In this document: one piece after another, positions 36,171-50,912 of the stretch
Numbering within the stretch: the first letter of the stretch is position 1
Layout of the letters: each line of letters starts with the position of its first letter
Assembly (NCBI GenBank): GCA_051294375.1
Contig: CM119265.1
Location: 25,054,725-25,118,724 of the forward strand
DNA: 64,000 nucleotides
Reading direction: 5' to 3'
Origin: Paraspadella gotoi
Taxonomy: Eukaryota > Animalia > Chaetognatha
Translations under genes and position numbers: made by a program
The notes under the pieces: generated by a model
The model's database searches: none
Seen by the model: the letters and a program-made list of their open reading frames with translations, nothing else
Told to the model about the DNA's origin: nothing

Positions 36171-39100
36171 GAATTCTCGTTCAATGTTGTCCATTACTGA
36201 CAAATTAAGGTTATCTTTGCGACCGAAAAAAAGAAAAAGAAAAAAAATAAACGAAAGATAAATATTGTCTCCTTCCAACTAAACGACACAGTATTTTCAC
36301 GAGGAAGAACTTATTACTACCAAATCTATTTATAATCATCTCGATCTTCCACTTTTCTATCGCATCTCGTCTTCTCCGTCGTTTCTTTCGATGAGTTTCA
36401 TTCTCGCCATCGTCTCGTCGTGCAACGCCGTAACATACTTCTCCACTTGAATTGCCAAGGAATCAAAAATGCGAACATAGAATATTCATAAGTCAAGATA
36501 CAGCATTACTAGTCTGCTCATTCGACTAGTTCCTCTCCGTTTCTTTATAAAATGTCTTTTCCTCTTTCTCATCCCCCTCGAGTTGTTTCTCCTCTTCCGG
36601 TCTGGCGATACTCAGACGCAGACGGCGTCTCCGCTTTTGACTTTCGAAAACATCGCCACATTAAGTCGCATAAAAACCGGCGCTCGTTCTCCGCCTATAT
36701 AACGGAAGCTGCGCTCAGTTCCGACGGCGGAGCGGAAAGGGCGGTCATATAGTGGCTTGGGTGGTTCTAAGAAGGTTCACATTGTCTGTGGGTTGTCGTA
36801 CTTGGAGAGTTCTCATTCCCGAGCGCCGAGGGTCGCGCTGATCTTGGGTTCTCAGCATCAGCTGCAGATTGAAAAACCAAACCGGCGACGATATTGCGGG
36901 CGCTGATTTGCGCGACAATTACAGAAAAGTCAACGGAAAGCAATGCCTGAGTGGATATCGACGGCCTGATTTGAACGCCGACAGAAAACGAAATATTTGA
37001 AATCAATTTGGGCCAGCATCTCACTCTCGGCAACGACGCAACGCTCTTCGTTTAAATTATCGCGAAATCACCAAATTCATTACGGTATAACATGACCTCC
37101 CCCAACATTCAAACTTCCTCTCCTGTTTTCCCACGCCCTGGACCTTCTCCCCGCCCCGCACTCTTACCCTCTCGTTCCCCGGCCTCGCTCTTCGCTAATG
37201 CCGAGCCGAAGCGAAACTCACCATTTCCGCGAAAGTCTTAAGCCTGCCTGACGAGCCACTTGCTTTCGACCGAAGAAGCGGGATCGGGAAAGGGTCAGGG
37301 AAGGAAATTAAAAAGGTGGGGACTAATGAGGATTATATTAGATGAGTAAAATCTGAATAGGGAGGGATGCCTCGGGAGGCAGTGCGAGGAACAATAAAGA
37401 CAGTGGGTGGTAGGATAGTGACAGGAAGACATGAAGAGAAGGTAAAATATTGTAGATGATAAAGATTGAAGCCATCTTTCGAGAAAGCGCGCATTTCTAA
37501 CTTAAATTTATAATTAAGTTGTTTGTTTTATCTAGTTTAAAAATTAAGTTAGACTTAGGAGTTAAGGATAGAACCTGGGGTAAGGGATAGGAGCGGTGAA
37601 TTAAAGATTAGGTTAAAATGAAATCTCAGGGATTCAGACACAGAATGATATTCTTTCGGATAAAAGAAAGTAGGAGAGAAAACCGTCCCGCGAGTTCTTG
37701 ATGCGCAGCGGAAGAGGAGGGGGAGGATCGATTCAGACGAAGAACATTCCAGAAGATAAAATCCAATCGATTTTATTCGTCAACGGAATGGCGCGGCCAA
37801 CCGCCGCCTCCCGCTTATTAGATTCAGAATCTCCCGCGAAGAGAGAGAGAGAGTAGGAGAGAAAGTTTAACCGCGGAGACTTGCTCAAAAATTCACTTAG
37901 TCTGAAAAATTAAATTATGATTCGTTGAAGGAAACCGTTTCGGTGTCTTGGGAACTCATTGAGCAAATCAGGGATTGGACGGAAGTTACGACGTCGGCGA
38001 TTCTGGTTGCTTTAGTTGAGCTGAATGGCTGGAGAAGTTAGGCGAGGGACTCGGTCAACCAAAATCGTATGAAACGACTTTGACCGCAGATTATTTATCA
38101 AAATGGAAAATGACACGCCTACAAAAAATAATGATCGGGGGAGAGGGAAATGAGAGAGAAAGATAAAGGGATGTGATTGGTGATGATGATGATGATGATG
38201 ATGAAGATGATGATGATGATGATGATGATATGATATTTGACTAGAAACGAAGCAGAATTTTATATACGTAATTTCAAAGATTGATTATACGTTTTTCTAA
38301 TGATATTGTAGCCCAACTCGATTTCCGTTTTTCGTCTCATATTTCATTAATTCATTTTTCTCATTCCAGTCTTAAAATTCGTCCATTCATCTTTTCCTTT
38401 GAACTTCATTCCTCACCAACGAAAACGAGCTCCACTGGACGCAGTCTCGCCGTTCCACCACTACCGAAATGACCATCACTCTTGACTTTGTACCCACAAT
38501 CTCAGTGAAAAACTTCACTTTGTCTCCGTGACGCGTTCACTGTCTCCGCGTTCATTCTTCTCTCCCTTGTAAACTTATGTCTCTCTCGGTTCTCAGTACT
38601 TTTCTACGTATTATCAAATTGATTTTTTCCTTTTGCTTATAAAACTAACCTTAATAGCTTTTCGTGCCTTTTTTTCGTTTATTTTTTATTTACCCGTTTG
38701 TATTCATATTCTTCCCAGGATCAGGTATCTTCTCTATCTTTTCTTTACTCCTGGTTTAACGAAGGGCAACGATTGAAGTTGGTAAATCAAAACATTAGCA
38801 CCATTTCTTGATTTAAACGATTAAGTTACCAAATGTAAAAAAGTATTTTTGAACGGAAAATGACCAAAAAAGAATACCCATAAAAATACCATTTCACAAA
38901 ACCCATCGGAATTAAATTTCTTACGTTCCATCATAAGCACTGTGTAAAATGGTTATGAAGGAGGCGGACGGTGATAGGACGTTTTGTCACTTAGTACTAA
39001 TACCTACGGTTACATAAAACCGTTGAACAGTTAACGGTATTAACGTTAAAAATAATTTTTACCTAACCGTTAATATATTTATGTTTAACGGTTAAATTCG

Positions 39101-42100
39101 GTTAATTTTTAATATGATTTTTCTTACTTTTGGCGGTATAAATCTTTGATTTTTTTAAGAAAAAATTTTTCTTGTCCTCTCTTATTTCCTATGCTTATGA
39201 AAAAATAAAAACAAAAAACAAGCGTGCAAGAAAACTAACATCAAGAAAAGATAATGAAGAGATAAACTGAAGAAAAGAGAAATGAGAGAGAAAGAAAAAG
39301 AGACAAAACATAAGAATTTAGAATTACATTTGGCTTTTTCTTTCTTTGGTCCTTTTAGTATATTTAATGCTAGTTTGATTGTAAAATAAAAAGTTTTTGT
39401 ATAGTAAGATCTTATCCGATGCATTATCTGATTAGCTAAATTAATAGTAGATTCAAAATAGTTTGCTCGTAAAATTCAATTTTAATTTTACTAATCAAAA
39501 TATTGTTACCAGTTATCTTAAATAGAAGATAAAAAAATGATCAGGAGCAAGAGTTAAAGATAAAATACCATAAATACTTTAGTTATGTAATTAGATAATA
39601 GTGTGAAGTAAAGTAAATTATAAAATTACCGATTTAACGGTTTTAACCGGTGTAGGATAGATTGAGTGTAGTTAACGGTAGTATGGAATGGTTTTCTAAA
39701 ATTAACGTTATCGGAAACCTACGATACATAAAACTCGGGACGAAAAGATACTAGGACGACGAACTCGTTGGTGTGAGTCGACCTCATGGGTATTATGCAT
39801 GACACCAAGATTAGATTAAGAGATTAAATATAATGTTCTCTCTTCTTCATTGGTTAAATGGTAGCCCTCTAGTCTCAGCATCTACGCGTCAAAATTTTAT
39901 TATCGAAGATTAGGGAGGAAAAAAGGCCCCGATTTTTCCATCTTTCCTATCTCCGGATGTTTTTTCCTGCGTGAACCTCTCATGGCTCGTCGGGACTCGG
40001 CTCAAGTGGTGTGTACGGTGAATGAAGCAGAGACTTGACTCCTGGATGAGAATTTTTTTGTTTTTAGTCTTTTTTAGGAGCTGCAGTTATGAGAGTAGGT
40101 TTATGTAAGAAGTATTATAAAAGTAGTTAAGATTATATGAACGAAGAAGTGGGAGATATTCGCGTGTCTGTAGAGAGAAGAGAGAAAGTCGTAGCGTATT
40201 GCGAGTATATGTGTTGTTGCCCTGCTTTTTTGGTGTGGTGCAGTGACGAAAGTGTGGCACAGGTAGGTTTGTAGAAACTTGATTAGATATGAGATTGTTG
40301 TCGGAGTAGCAGTAGCGTTTTTAGTATTCTGTAATAGGATTGCCGGACAATATAATCCATATATAGTTATATAGTATTTCAAAGCCATTGTTGAAACGAT
40401 TATCTCCTGGCGTAGGGCGGGATTTCCGTGTGAAATTCTGTTTTCGTGTTGACTGTAAGATGATCTAATGGAAATTTTAGAGATGTTGATGTTCAATGTT
40501 CACTACCGTAAGACAATCGGATATTTAATGTTTCTATGCATAATAGACTTTGAGTAATGGTCCTGGTACTAATATTGAGCTACTTAAAACCGGCCTTCTA
40601 CTCAATAAATGGTCCGTCATGTGCTAATTTTACAATATTGCACGCTGATCCCAGACTAAAATATATAATAAGTTATTAGTTTATTTGAATTCTCGTCTAA
40701 CGCTTGGGTTAGATTCCGTGGTTGTGGTTAACAAAAAAATGGTAAAGGTCTATATGAAAGCATATAGCCAGTATATAACATGTATAAGTACATTTAATGA
40801 ATTATGTCAAAGTTTAGCTGTCCTTCGTCTAGTGCTGGTGGTAAAAAGTAAAAAACTTATCACAAAACATATAATTAGTTTAGTGTCTGCAAGGCGGCTA
40901 AAGCTATTTCACTTGTTAAAATTATTCTCATAAAAGTTCCCTAACCAAACTTTTAGAGGAGGCTTTAATTTGCACTGAAGACACGTTAACTTACCATGTT
41001 ATTTTACATTATGAAGTCCACGATTGAACTTTCCAAATCTGCCGAACAAAGGCTAGTTTTCACGTGTTCAGTCTTGTAAATATTTTTTATTGCAGGTCTG
41101 TTCACAGAAAATGCGCTTTTCTTTCGCTCTTCGTCGCCTCGATTTTTGTATCGAAATTTTACACGTTTTTTAAATTCTTCACCTAATCAGTCTAATGTCG
41201 CGATCTAGGTCCTCGTTTAAAACCGAATACTCGGTTTGCGTGTTTTCAAAATCATCTGCGGGCGGAACTGTTTCCTCAAATGTTTTGTATCTTGCAAAAA
41301 TTTATGCGTGTTCCTTCGAAACTTTTTTTTGAATTCGAATAGAAGGTAAGAAATGCAAAGCGGAGGGGAGAAAAGAAGATAAGGAAAAAAAAGGAAAAAA
41401 GAATATTGAAGAAAAAAAGAAAAAAAAAGGATAAAAAGGAAAGTCAAAAAAAGAAAATTAGGTAGAGAAAAAAGAAACAAAAAAAGAAAAAGAAATAAAT
41501 ATTGACCAAAGAACACAAAACGAGGGAAGAAAAAAAATGGCGGAAAATCTTATTAGCTAAAGAGGAGAAAAAGGATTTCTCATTGTTTTTACCTTCTTAA
41601 CGGATCTGAGGGATGTAAAATATTAAAGATTTAATATTAATATTAAATCTTTAGGCGAGTAGAATAACAATTTATCAAGGCTTATTCAGAATACAATATG
41701 CAAATGAAAAAATCCACAAATTAATCAGCTACATTGTTTTAACTATTTTACAAAACAATAGTTTTAATCGAAACGATAATGATAACAATAACATTTTCGA
41801 TTTAACCATAAAAAGCGATAACAATAACAATATCTGTCCTCAACATCCAAACTATTTATCGAGTTCACGGCTGAAAAATCATCACCGTAACAATAAAACG
41901 TTAACGTTAATGAGTAGGAAATCAGCCCAAAATAATCTCTATAACTAAAACCTAACGATGTTGACATAAAGACGCAGCTTCGCTCGCGACGAGAAGCAGT
42001 TAAAGATTCGATGTCCCATAAAAGTGAAAGGGCTTCCGAGTTGAAGGGGGAAAAAAGGTGAGAGGACATAAACACGGAAGGAGAAAGGAAATGAAAGGAG

Positions 42101-43799
42101 GAAAGGAGAGGAGAGAGGGAGGAAAGATAGGGAGAGACAGAGGAGAAAGGAGAAGGAGAAAAGGAGAAGGGGAGGAATAGGGGTAGAAGGAGAGGGAGGA
42201 AATAGAGAGGAGAGAGAGAAAAGATAGGGAGAGACAGAGAAGAAAGAAGGAGATAAGTAGAAAAGGAGGAAGAGGAAGGAAATAGAGGAAAGGAAAGGAA
42301 AGGCTTTCAGCGAAAGAATGAGAAAGAGATAACTTGAAAATAAAAAGAATTTTGAATTCACAAATAAGAAAAAATAACAGAGAAAGTGGATAAAGAAAGA
42401 AAAATAAAAAGAGATATTTGTGAATAAAATAAAAGTGACGAATTAAAGTCGACAGGAGTAAACGATGAGAGGGGAAAAAAGAGAGGTGAAAAAAATAGAA
42501 GAAAAAGAAAAAAAAAGGATAGTTAAAGGTTAAAGGTTAAAGGTTAAAGGTTAAAGGTTCTGGACAAAATTAAAGTAAAGGGAGTGAGTGTACATAAATA
42601 TGGAGGTGGAGGTGAAAGAAGGATATAATGTAAAGGAGAGAGGGAGGGAGAGAGAGGGAGGGAGGGAGGGAGAGGGAGTGGGAGAGGGAGAGGGAGAGAG
42701 AGAGATAGGAAGAGAAAGGGCGAGAGACGAGAGGTGTCCCATAATCCTAACTGGAACCAAAAGTGCCGTCTTAGGACGCCATTTGCCAGAGTGCGGTTTT
42801 GAGGGGGGGAGGAAGCGTATGACCCATTTGCGGGTCAAGATGGAAGGAGGAGGCATGAGGAGGAGGAGGAGGAGGAGGAGGAAGAAGAGGAAGAAGAAGA
42901 AAGTGTTGAGGGAATATGTTAGTATAAAAGTAAAAAAAAATCTTGTGGATAAAAGATAGAAAGATGGAGAGAAAGTCGAAGGGATGGTAGAAATAGATAA
43001 AAATTAGATGAAGATAGAAGAAGAGAAGATAAAGATAGAAAAGAAAGAAAGATAGATAATGGAAGGGAAGGTTGAAATAGGAAAAGAGAAAAAGAATTGG
43101 AAGAAAAAGAAGGAAGGAAAGAGGTAAGAATGCAGGGACGCGAAAAAGACGAGGCCAAATAAAGAAAAGAAAAGAGAAGAATGAATTGGGTGAGAAACTG
43201 GGAGATCAGAGAGAGGGAGAGAGGAGAGAGAGGGGGAGGGAGGGAGGGGAAAGGGAGGGCGAAGGGAAGGGAGAGAGGGAGGAAGAGAGAGGAGGGAGAG
43301 AGAGGTAGGGGAGGAAGGGGAGAGGAGAGCGCAGATTAGAGGAGTGAGAGAACGAGAGAGAAGAGAGGAGAGAGAGAGGGAAGGGGGAGGAGAGAGAGCG
43401 GAACAAATGACAATCATAAAAGAAGAAGAAGAGAGTGAAAGGAAAAAAGAAAAGAAAAGAAAAGAAAAGAAAAGAAAAGAAAAGAAAAGAAAAGAAAAGA
43501 AAAGAAAAGAAAAGAAAAGAAAAGAAAAGAAAAGGCTACTAAGTATTCAAATTCACAGCCTTTATACGACAACGACAGGAAACGCTACAATATTTCGCAC
43601 TATAACTCATAACTACAACGTAACGTAACGAGTTTTGACGATTTATTAATCCTTAACTTCTCAGTACGGCAATAAGTAGCCGAGTTAGAATGTTATTATA
43701 ATTTTAACTAATTAATTAATACACTGAAGGTACTGAGAATAAGGCGCTCAGTGGGATGAAGATTACAGTCATTCTGTGCCCACTCAGCACAGTCAGCAG

Positions 43800-44000
43800 C
43801 AATGGAACGGGTCCTGGGCTTGGAACCAGGCCCGAGGTTTTTTCCCCGACCCCAAGTTAGTTTAAGGCCGTCCTCACGCTTCTCGCTGAGCTTGGCACCA
43901 TTGGGGAACGAGCCCTCTACCTAATAACCATGCGCTGATGGCTGTACTCAATCAATCTAGTTTATAGGCGGGGTGAACTTCGGTAGTACGTCGCTATGTG
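43800..44000 (+). repeat. Dispersed repeat family B, possibly SINE-like
   Basis: ggaa.ggg..ctgggcttggaa.cagg and ggcggggtgaactt recur at about 53361-53590 and 56565. Confidence 0.45.
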
Positions 44001-44119
44001 ATCATATTAAATAATCATCTCTTACATATGTGTCGTCATGAAGTAACCCTTCATTTCACTCTCTCGTGACGTTACCGAACGAGGGCAATCGTGAGTAATT
44101 TGACGAAATTTGACGTTAC

Positions 44120-44300
44120 CTCGTGTCGAAGGGATCGTCGACCCGAACGTATTTAACGTCGATGAAGAGCAGCGCCAATATGACGCAGAGCAGCGCCATC
44201 GACGCCAGCGCCAGCAGCAGCAGGAATTCCCTACGCGACAGCGGGCGGCGCCAGGCGAGAGAGGAGCGTCGTTGGCGGTGGCGGCGGCGGGAGTGGAGGC
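44120..44300 (-). CDS. Neprilysin/ECE-like gene, exon encoding the type II signal-anchor
   Basis: ttttcag|...|gtaacg, 181 nt, phase 1 to 2. Translates as GLHSRRRHRQRRSSLAWRRPLSRREFLLLLALASMALLCVILALLFIDVKYVRVDDPFDT, a basic stretch followed by a transmembrane helix. Phases fit both the 49007-49141 and 17907-18101 exons. Confidence 0.75.
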
Positions 44301-45157
44301 CTGAAAATTTGGGGGGGGGGGAGAGATTGCAGGAAGATTAATTAAGATCGATATGGTATTCGTTTAGTTAATTACAAAAATTAAGTTATGAGTTATGAAC
44401 GCATTCGACTTTTGTTTTGAGCGTTTTCCTTTGTGCGAATTCTTCAAATCAATTCGGACTTCGTCTCAAACTGAATCGGTCTTTTTATTTTATTCGATAA
44501 AATAGAATCAATTAAAGAGAACACGTAAAATAACATTAATTAAAACAGATAAGTAAATGCAATAAAGATAATAAAAAATCGCCCAAAATAAAAAAACAAC
44601 GACTATATAAACAATTACAACCAAAAAAGCCAAAAAAAAAAACAATAACAAAAAATAAACGAACTAAAACAAAAATCGATAAAATGGAAAACAAAACAAA
44701 CTCGAAGAAAACAAAACAAAACTAAAGGAGAAGCAAGTCTTCGACAGAAAGGATATTGAAAGACCGACTTTAAAAAAAGAAAAAGGAAAAAAAAAAACGA
44801 AAAAAGCGAGAAAAGGAAAAAGGAAAAAAAAGGGGAAAAAAGTTGAAGGAGAGAAAACGTAAAAGAAAATGGGGGAAAAATAAGAAAAAGAAAAAAACCG
44901 TTAACGTTGAGAGATTTTCGAGAGAAAAAGGAGGAAAAAGGAAGAGAGAGAGAGAAAAGAAGAGAAAGAAGACATAGAAAAATCAACGTGATATAATAAA
45001 ATTATGAATGTTAGGTCTAAGAAAATAAGTAAGGTAGAGGTGGATAATTATTTGGAATAAATTAAAAAGTGCTTAAAAACTAAATTTGTACTAGTGAGTC
45101 GGATTTTTGAAAAGGTAAAAAAAGAACTAAAAAAGGAGAAGGAGAAAGGAGAGAGAG

Positions 45158-45195
<38 letters not shown>

Positions 45196-45753
45196 AGGAG
45201 AAGGAGAGAGAGAGAGAGAGAGAGAAGCGAAATGCCCGCCAAAACGCGAGGAAAGTGAAGTGGAGCGAAAGGCGACGCGAAAACGAGGATAAAAACGGGT
45301 CGAGGTCAAAGGAGCAAAAGTTCGCTGGAGCGAAAGGTGAGAGGAATGATAGGTCGGAGGATTGAAGGGTAGGAGGGGTCAGAGAGTCGGAGGAATGAAG
45401 GGTCGGAGAAGTCGGTGGAGCGAGAGGTCGGAATAGTGGAAAAAAAGGAAGGATTGATAGAAAGATGATAGAAAGATAGAAATAGAAGAATAAAAAAAGA
45501 ATAGAAGATTAGAAGAAGGAAGAGAAGATTAGTCTGTGATATCAGAATAAAAGAAGAAAAAAAACTACAAAAGGAGTCCGAATTCACAGAAGCCGAAAAG
45601 TCATTGGAGTCGAAATTTTTAGGAGCCAAAAGGTCGAAGGAGCCCAAATTCGTAGGTCGACCCAGTGAGATCCGATTCTCAAGGTCGAATCTTTGACCGA
45701 AGAGAAAATCGTTCGATTTGATGCCGAAAAAAAAAGATGCGACCTTCTTAAGT

Positions 45754-45830
<77 letters not shown>

Positions 45831-48800
45831 CTTTCAAATCTTCCTTCAGAAGACAGAATTAATGTATATATTACATTTTCTTTCTTTCTTTTTTTTCCGA
45901 CGGATTTCGCCAACTCAATTTTTCAATTTTTCTTTCTCGCTTCTTAGCGTCAAAAACACGAAGACCGCTCCGACCCCTGACCCTCGTCCTCCCTAACCCC
46001 CTTCACNNNNNNNNNNNNNNNNNNNNNNNNNNNNNNNNNNNNNNNNNNNNNNNNNNNNNNNNNNNNNNNNNNNNNNNNNNNNNNNNNNNNNNNNNNNNNN
46101 NNNNNNNNNNNNNNNNNNNNNNNNNNNNNNNNNNNNNNNNNNNNNNNNNNNNNNNNNNNNNNNNNNNNNNNNNNNNNNNNNNNNNNNNNNATGGAATTTT
46201 GATGCAGTGCATGTCATAAATACACAAGCAAAGAAAGTTTTTTTAGCCATGTCATGTCATATCATGTGATCAAATACACGTGAAAATAAAGTCATTGGAT
46301 TGGTATATGATGGCAGAATGGCAGGCGAAAGATCGAAAAATATATGGAAGGGAAAAAGTAAAGAGAAGCTGCCAAGAAAGGGATTGAATAAAAGAGTCAG
46401 TGCGTAAAAAGAGAGAGGGTAACTTTGGTTAAGAAAGATCAAAGGGAGGATGTGGATACCAAGACTTAAAGGGAGACTTTAAGGNNNNNNNNNNNNNNNN
46501 NNNNNNNNNNNNNNNNNNNNNNNNNNNNNNNNNNNNNNNNNNNNNNNNNNNNNNNNNNNNNNNNNNNNNNNNNNNNNNNNNNNNNNNNNNNNNNNNNNNN
46601 NNNNNNNNNNNNNNNNNNNNNNNNNNNNNNNNNNNNNNNNNNNNNNNNGGGCTGGGACGTGGGGGCAGGGGCAGAACTGAGAGGGTGCAAGGGCAGAGAC
46701 AAAAGACCGAAGTGGTTACTGGTTGGACGGCGGACGAGGAAAATTAAAGTTTCTTAACTTTAATTAAAATTAAAGTTAAGAAATCTAAAAACTTGACAAA
46801 AATTAAACGTTAAACAGGGGATTTGCCGCATATGATCACGTGACCAGAAAATATGAGACCAATTTATTTACAAGCGTTCAACCAAGTATTAACTAAAATG
46901 ATTAAACTGCCTGACTTAAAAAAGAGTAGTTAGCGCGAGTACTTGCGGCGCAACTATAAAAAAATTAACTATCTATCAGAAAACAAATGAAAAACGAATT
47001 AACAATTTATACGAAAAAAAATGGCCGCTGAACCGATCGAGAAGTCAAAGGTCAATCGGTAACATAAAAAAAAAACCTATTAAGCCGATCGGGAAGTTCG
47101 TTCTTCTCTGAGATTTTAAATAGAGGTCATCTGTTTAGTAAATATTTCAGGTGTTATTTAAGTATANNNNNNNNNNGGTAACATAAAAAAAAGCCTATTA
47201 AGCCGATCGGGAAGTTCGTTCTGCTCTGAGATTTTAAATTGAGGTCATCTGTTTAGTAATTTTTTTAGGTGTTATTTATATATATATTTAATAATAATAA
47301 TAACAACAACAACAACAACAACGCCTTTCGTGTCGACCCCCNNNNNNNNNNNNNNNNNNNNNNNNNNNNNNNNNNNNNNNNNNNNNNNNNNNNNNNNNNN
47401 NNNNNNNNNNNNNNNNNNNNNNNNNNNNNNNNNNNNNNNNNNNNNNNNNNNNNNNNNNNNNNNNNNNNNNNNNNNNNNNNNNNNNNNNNNNNNNNNNNNN
47501 NNNNNNNNNNNNNNNNNNNNNNNNNNNNNNNNNNNNNNNNNNNNNNNNNNNNNNNNNNNNNNNNNNNNNNNNNNNNNNNNNNNNNNNNNNNNNNNNNNNN
47601 NNNNNNNNNNNNNNNNNNNNNNNNNNNNNNNNNNNNNNNNNNNNNNNNNNNNNNNNNNNNNNNNNNNNNNNNNNNNNNNNNNNNNNNNNNNNNNNNNNNN
47701 NNNNNNNNNNNTTTTTATTCAATTTGTTTCACTATCTCTTTCCCTTACAAACGCTATTAAACGGACTCACACACACACTCTCACGAACGCACATACAAAT
47801 ACATATATAAATATATACTGTCACATAAAAAAGCTTCGTTCATCTTTAATATTTACAAAGCAATAAAAGGCAATTATTTATTCATTTAAATAAAAAAAAC
47901 ATTTTAAAATATTAAATAAAATTTAAATTTTTTCCCCTTGTTCCTTTTTCTTCTCCGCCGAATTTTTTTCCTTTTCATTCTTTTTTCAATTTTTTTTTTC
48001 GGTAATTTTCTCATCATCAATAGGAAACTAGAAAAAAAAACAAACATTTAAGTAGATACCTCACTCGAGAGCCAATATTAGTTTATNNNNNNNNNNNNNN
48101 NNNNNNNNNNNNNNNNNNNNNNNNNNNNNNNNNNNNNNNNNNNNNNNNNNNNNNNNNNNNNNNNNNNNNNNNNNNNNNNNNNNNNNNNNNNNNNNNNNNN
48201 NNNNNNNNNNNNNNNNNNNNNNNNNNNNNNNNNNNNNNNNNNNNNNNNNNNNNNNNNNNNNNNNNNNNNNNNNNNNNNNNNNNNNNNNNNNNNNNNNNNN
48301 NNNNNNNNNNNNNNNNNNNNNNNNNNNNNNNNNNNNNNNNNNNNNNNNNNNNNNNNNNNNNNNNNNNNNNNNNNNNNNNNNNNNNNNNNNNNNNNNNNNN
48401 NNNNNNNNNNNNNNNNNNNNNNNNNNNNNNNNNNNNNNNNNNNNNNNNNNNNNNNNNNNNNNNNNNNNNNNNNNNNNNNNNNNNNNNNNNNNNNNNNNNN
48501 NNNNNNNNNNNNNNNNNNNNNNNNNNNNNNNNNNNNNNNNNNNNNNNNNNNNNNNNNNNNNNNNNNNNNNNNNNNNNNNNNNNNNNNNNNNNNNNNNNNN
48601 NNNNNNNNNNNNNNNNNNNNNNNNNNNNNNNNNNNNNNNNNNNNNNNNNNNNNNNNNNNNNNNNNNNNNNNNNNNNNNNNNNNNNNNNNNNNNNNNNNNN
48701 NNNNNNNNNNNNNNNNNNNNNNNNNNNNNNNNNNNNNNNNNNNNNNNNNNNNNNNNNNNNNNNNNNNNNNAGCTTGACACGCTGCTTGTTTATCATAATA

Positions 48801-49006
48801 AAATTTAAAATGCTTTGGTTTTTATTTTTATTTTAATTTTATTTTTATTTTAAACTCAATGAAAAAAAACAAAACTAAAAACATGACGGCAACAACGTCA
48901 ACGAAGACGACGACAACGACGACAACGACAACGACGAAAACGTAGACGACGATAACGACGACAACGAAGACGACGACAACGACGACCCAAAAAAAGGATG
49001 ACTGAC

Positions 49007-49141
49007 CTGAATGTCCTCCGTTTTGAAGATAGTTGCGACGGTTGGTCGCGAGTCCTCCATTTTGTTGGGAAAATTCCGTTTCGGGGATGAAAGTAATTAA
49101 ATCCGGGTTTTCTTCCTCCAGGGATGTAACCGTCATGTTAT
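49007..49141 (-). CDS. Probable cytoplasmic N-terminal exon of the neprilysin/ECE-like gene
   Basis: cgcag|...CAG|gtcagt, 135 nt and open: MTVTSLEEENPDLITFIPETEFSQQNGGLATNRRNYLQNGGHS. It ends in phase 1, matching the 44300 exon. Confidence 0.6.
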
Positions 49142-50209
49142 CTGCGATGCAAAGGGTTAACAATAACAACATCAACAACAACAACAACAACTTTACTACT
49201 CGATCTCGAGTTTCAACAAATTATTTATTTATTATTTATTATCATTTTTTTGTGACAAATGTATCAGGAACTTTGTCTCGTCTTCATCTTTGTCGTCGTT
49301 GTCGTCGTCGTCGTCGTTCTTGACTAAAGTGCCTTCGATGTTTATCTTAACTCTCTTTTTCTATTTTTGTCACCTTACTCTTTCTTGTCGTCCGCCTCTT
49401 CTTCCTCCTCCTCCTCCTCCTTCTCTTCCTCCTCCTCGTTCAACTCCTTATCGTCATCAACGACTTTAACAATAGCAATAACATNNNNNNNNNNNNNNNN
49501 NNNNNNNNNNNNNNNNNNNNNNNNNNNNNNNNNNNNNNNNNNNNNNNNNNNNNNNNNNNNNNNNNNNNNNNNNNNNNNNNNNNNNNNNNNNNNNNNNNNN
49601 NNNNNNNNNNNNNNNNNNNNNNNNNNNNNNNNNNNNNNNNNNNNNNNNNNNNNNNNNNNNNNNNNNNNNNNNNCTGATCTCGAAGTGAAGGAAGCTTTTC
49701 TGTAAGCCGCCGGCATCTTGTCTCGTCGTCATGGCAACAGACAAACTCTCTTTACATTTCTTCCTTAAACGCGAAACGTTTGACGTTCGCCGTCGGCGTC
49801 GGCGCCGTCGACGATGAGAGCCGCATTGACGGCGCCGGTCTGCGTATGACGGAGCGCCCTCGTTTCCTCGATCACGGGCGCCGATGACGTCGATTTAATC
49901 CTCATACAGAGGGCGCTCGACGATTGTTGTTCCTTTTTTATTTTTTTTTTTGGGGGGGGGGTTAATCCAGATTTTTTAAAATTTTTATTTCAAGCGTTGG
50001 ATGTTTTTTGTTTTTATGTTTGAGAAGAAGAGAATGTGGACTTTAATCTCTTTTCTTTTGATAACCTGAAAAAGAAAGGGAATGGTTATTAACCATTGGT
50101 TAATGATTAATGATTAATGGTTAAATATAGTGAATCGAGCAGCAATGAAAAACAATAACAAATGATCCAAAAGATTAAATGGACGTAATAAATTATCCAT
50201 TTTTTAATG

Positions 50210-50247
<38 letters not shown>

Positions 50248-50429
50248 TTAGACCCTAGATTAGATAGATTAGCATAGATAAGATCTAGATCTAGTACTAG
50301 AATAGAGAACAAAAGTCTGATATAGCAGAGAGAAGAGAGAGAGATAGAGAGATGCACAGAAGAGAGAGAGGACGAGTCCAGAAGAGTAGACTCTCGAGAG
50401 AGACGAGATGATTCTCTCTGTCTAATCGA

Positions 50430-50880
50430 GGAGAAGGGAAATATAAATCTTTGTCCGTGTGAAAACGATCTTCCTTTCGTCCTCTTCTCGGGGTTTATCC
50501 TCTAAGCCTACCATCTCTCATCTCTTTCCTCTCTCTGAATCAGTCCTCACCTATCTCTATCGCTCATTCTTAAAAAAAAACTTATTCAACCTAACGCGAC
50601 GATGAAAAAAACCGCGCGCGCCGTAATTTTTAAATTCGAGTTCACAATAATTTTTATTCGATAAGTCACACATGCCAATTTCTTCAGCTCTTAGAAAAAA
50701 TTTAGACTAGCAACGTTAGCATCGATAACGCGCACTTGATTCACGAAGATAGGAAGGAGGAGGAGGCCAGGGGACGGGACGGACAATTCCATGGGCCTTT
50801 TATTGCATTGTCTTCTATCTCTACTTTTTCGAGAGGAGAAAGGAAGAGGGCAGAAGGAAAGAAGAGGAGAGGAGAGAGAG

Positions 50881-50912
<32 letters not shown>

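Noticed and set aside
31541-36278. Very long poly-Lys / poly-Phe ORFs (up to 1522 aa)
   Set aside because: These are translations of an A-rich low-complexity tract that lacks stops by composition.
40101-40620. Possible LINE/retroelement remnant
   Set aside because: No recognisable reverse transcriptase or endonuclease motif.
49375-49930. Further upstream coding exon of the M13 gene (MPAAYRKASF.../acidic stretch)
   Set aside because: It is interrupted by a gap, and the donor phases do not cleanly match the 49141 exon. It could be 5' UTR, so it is left uncalled.
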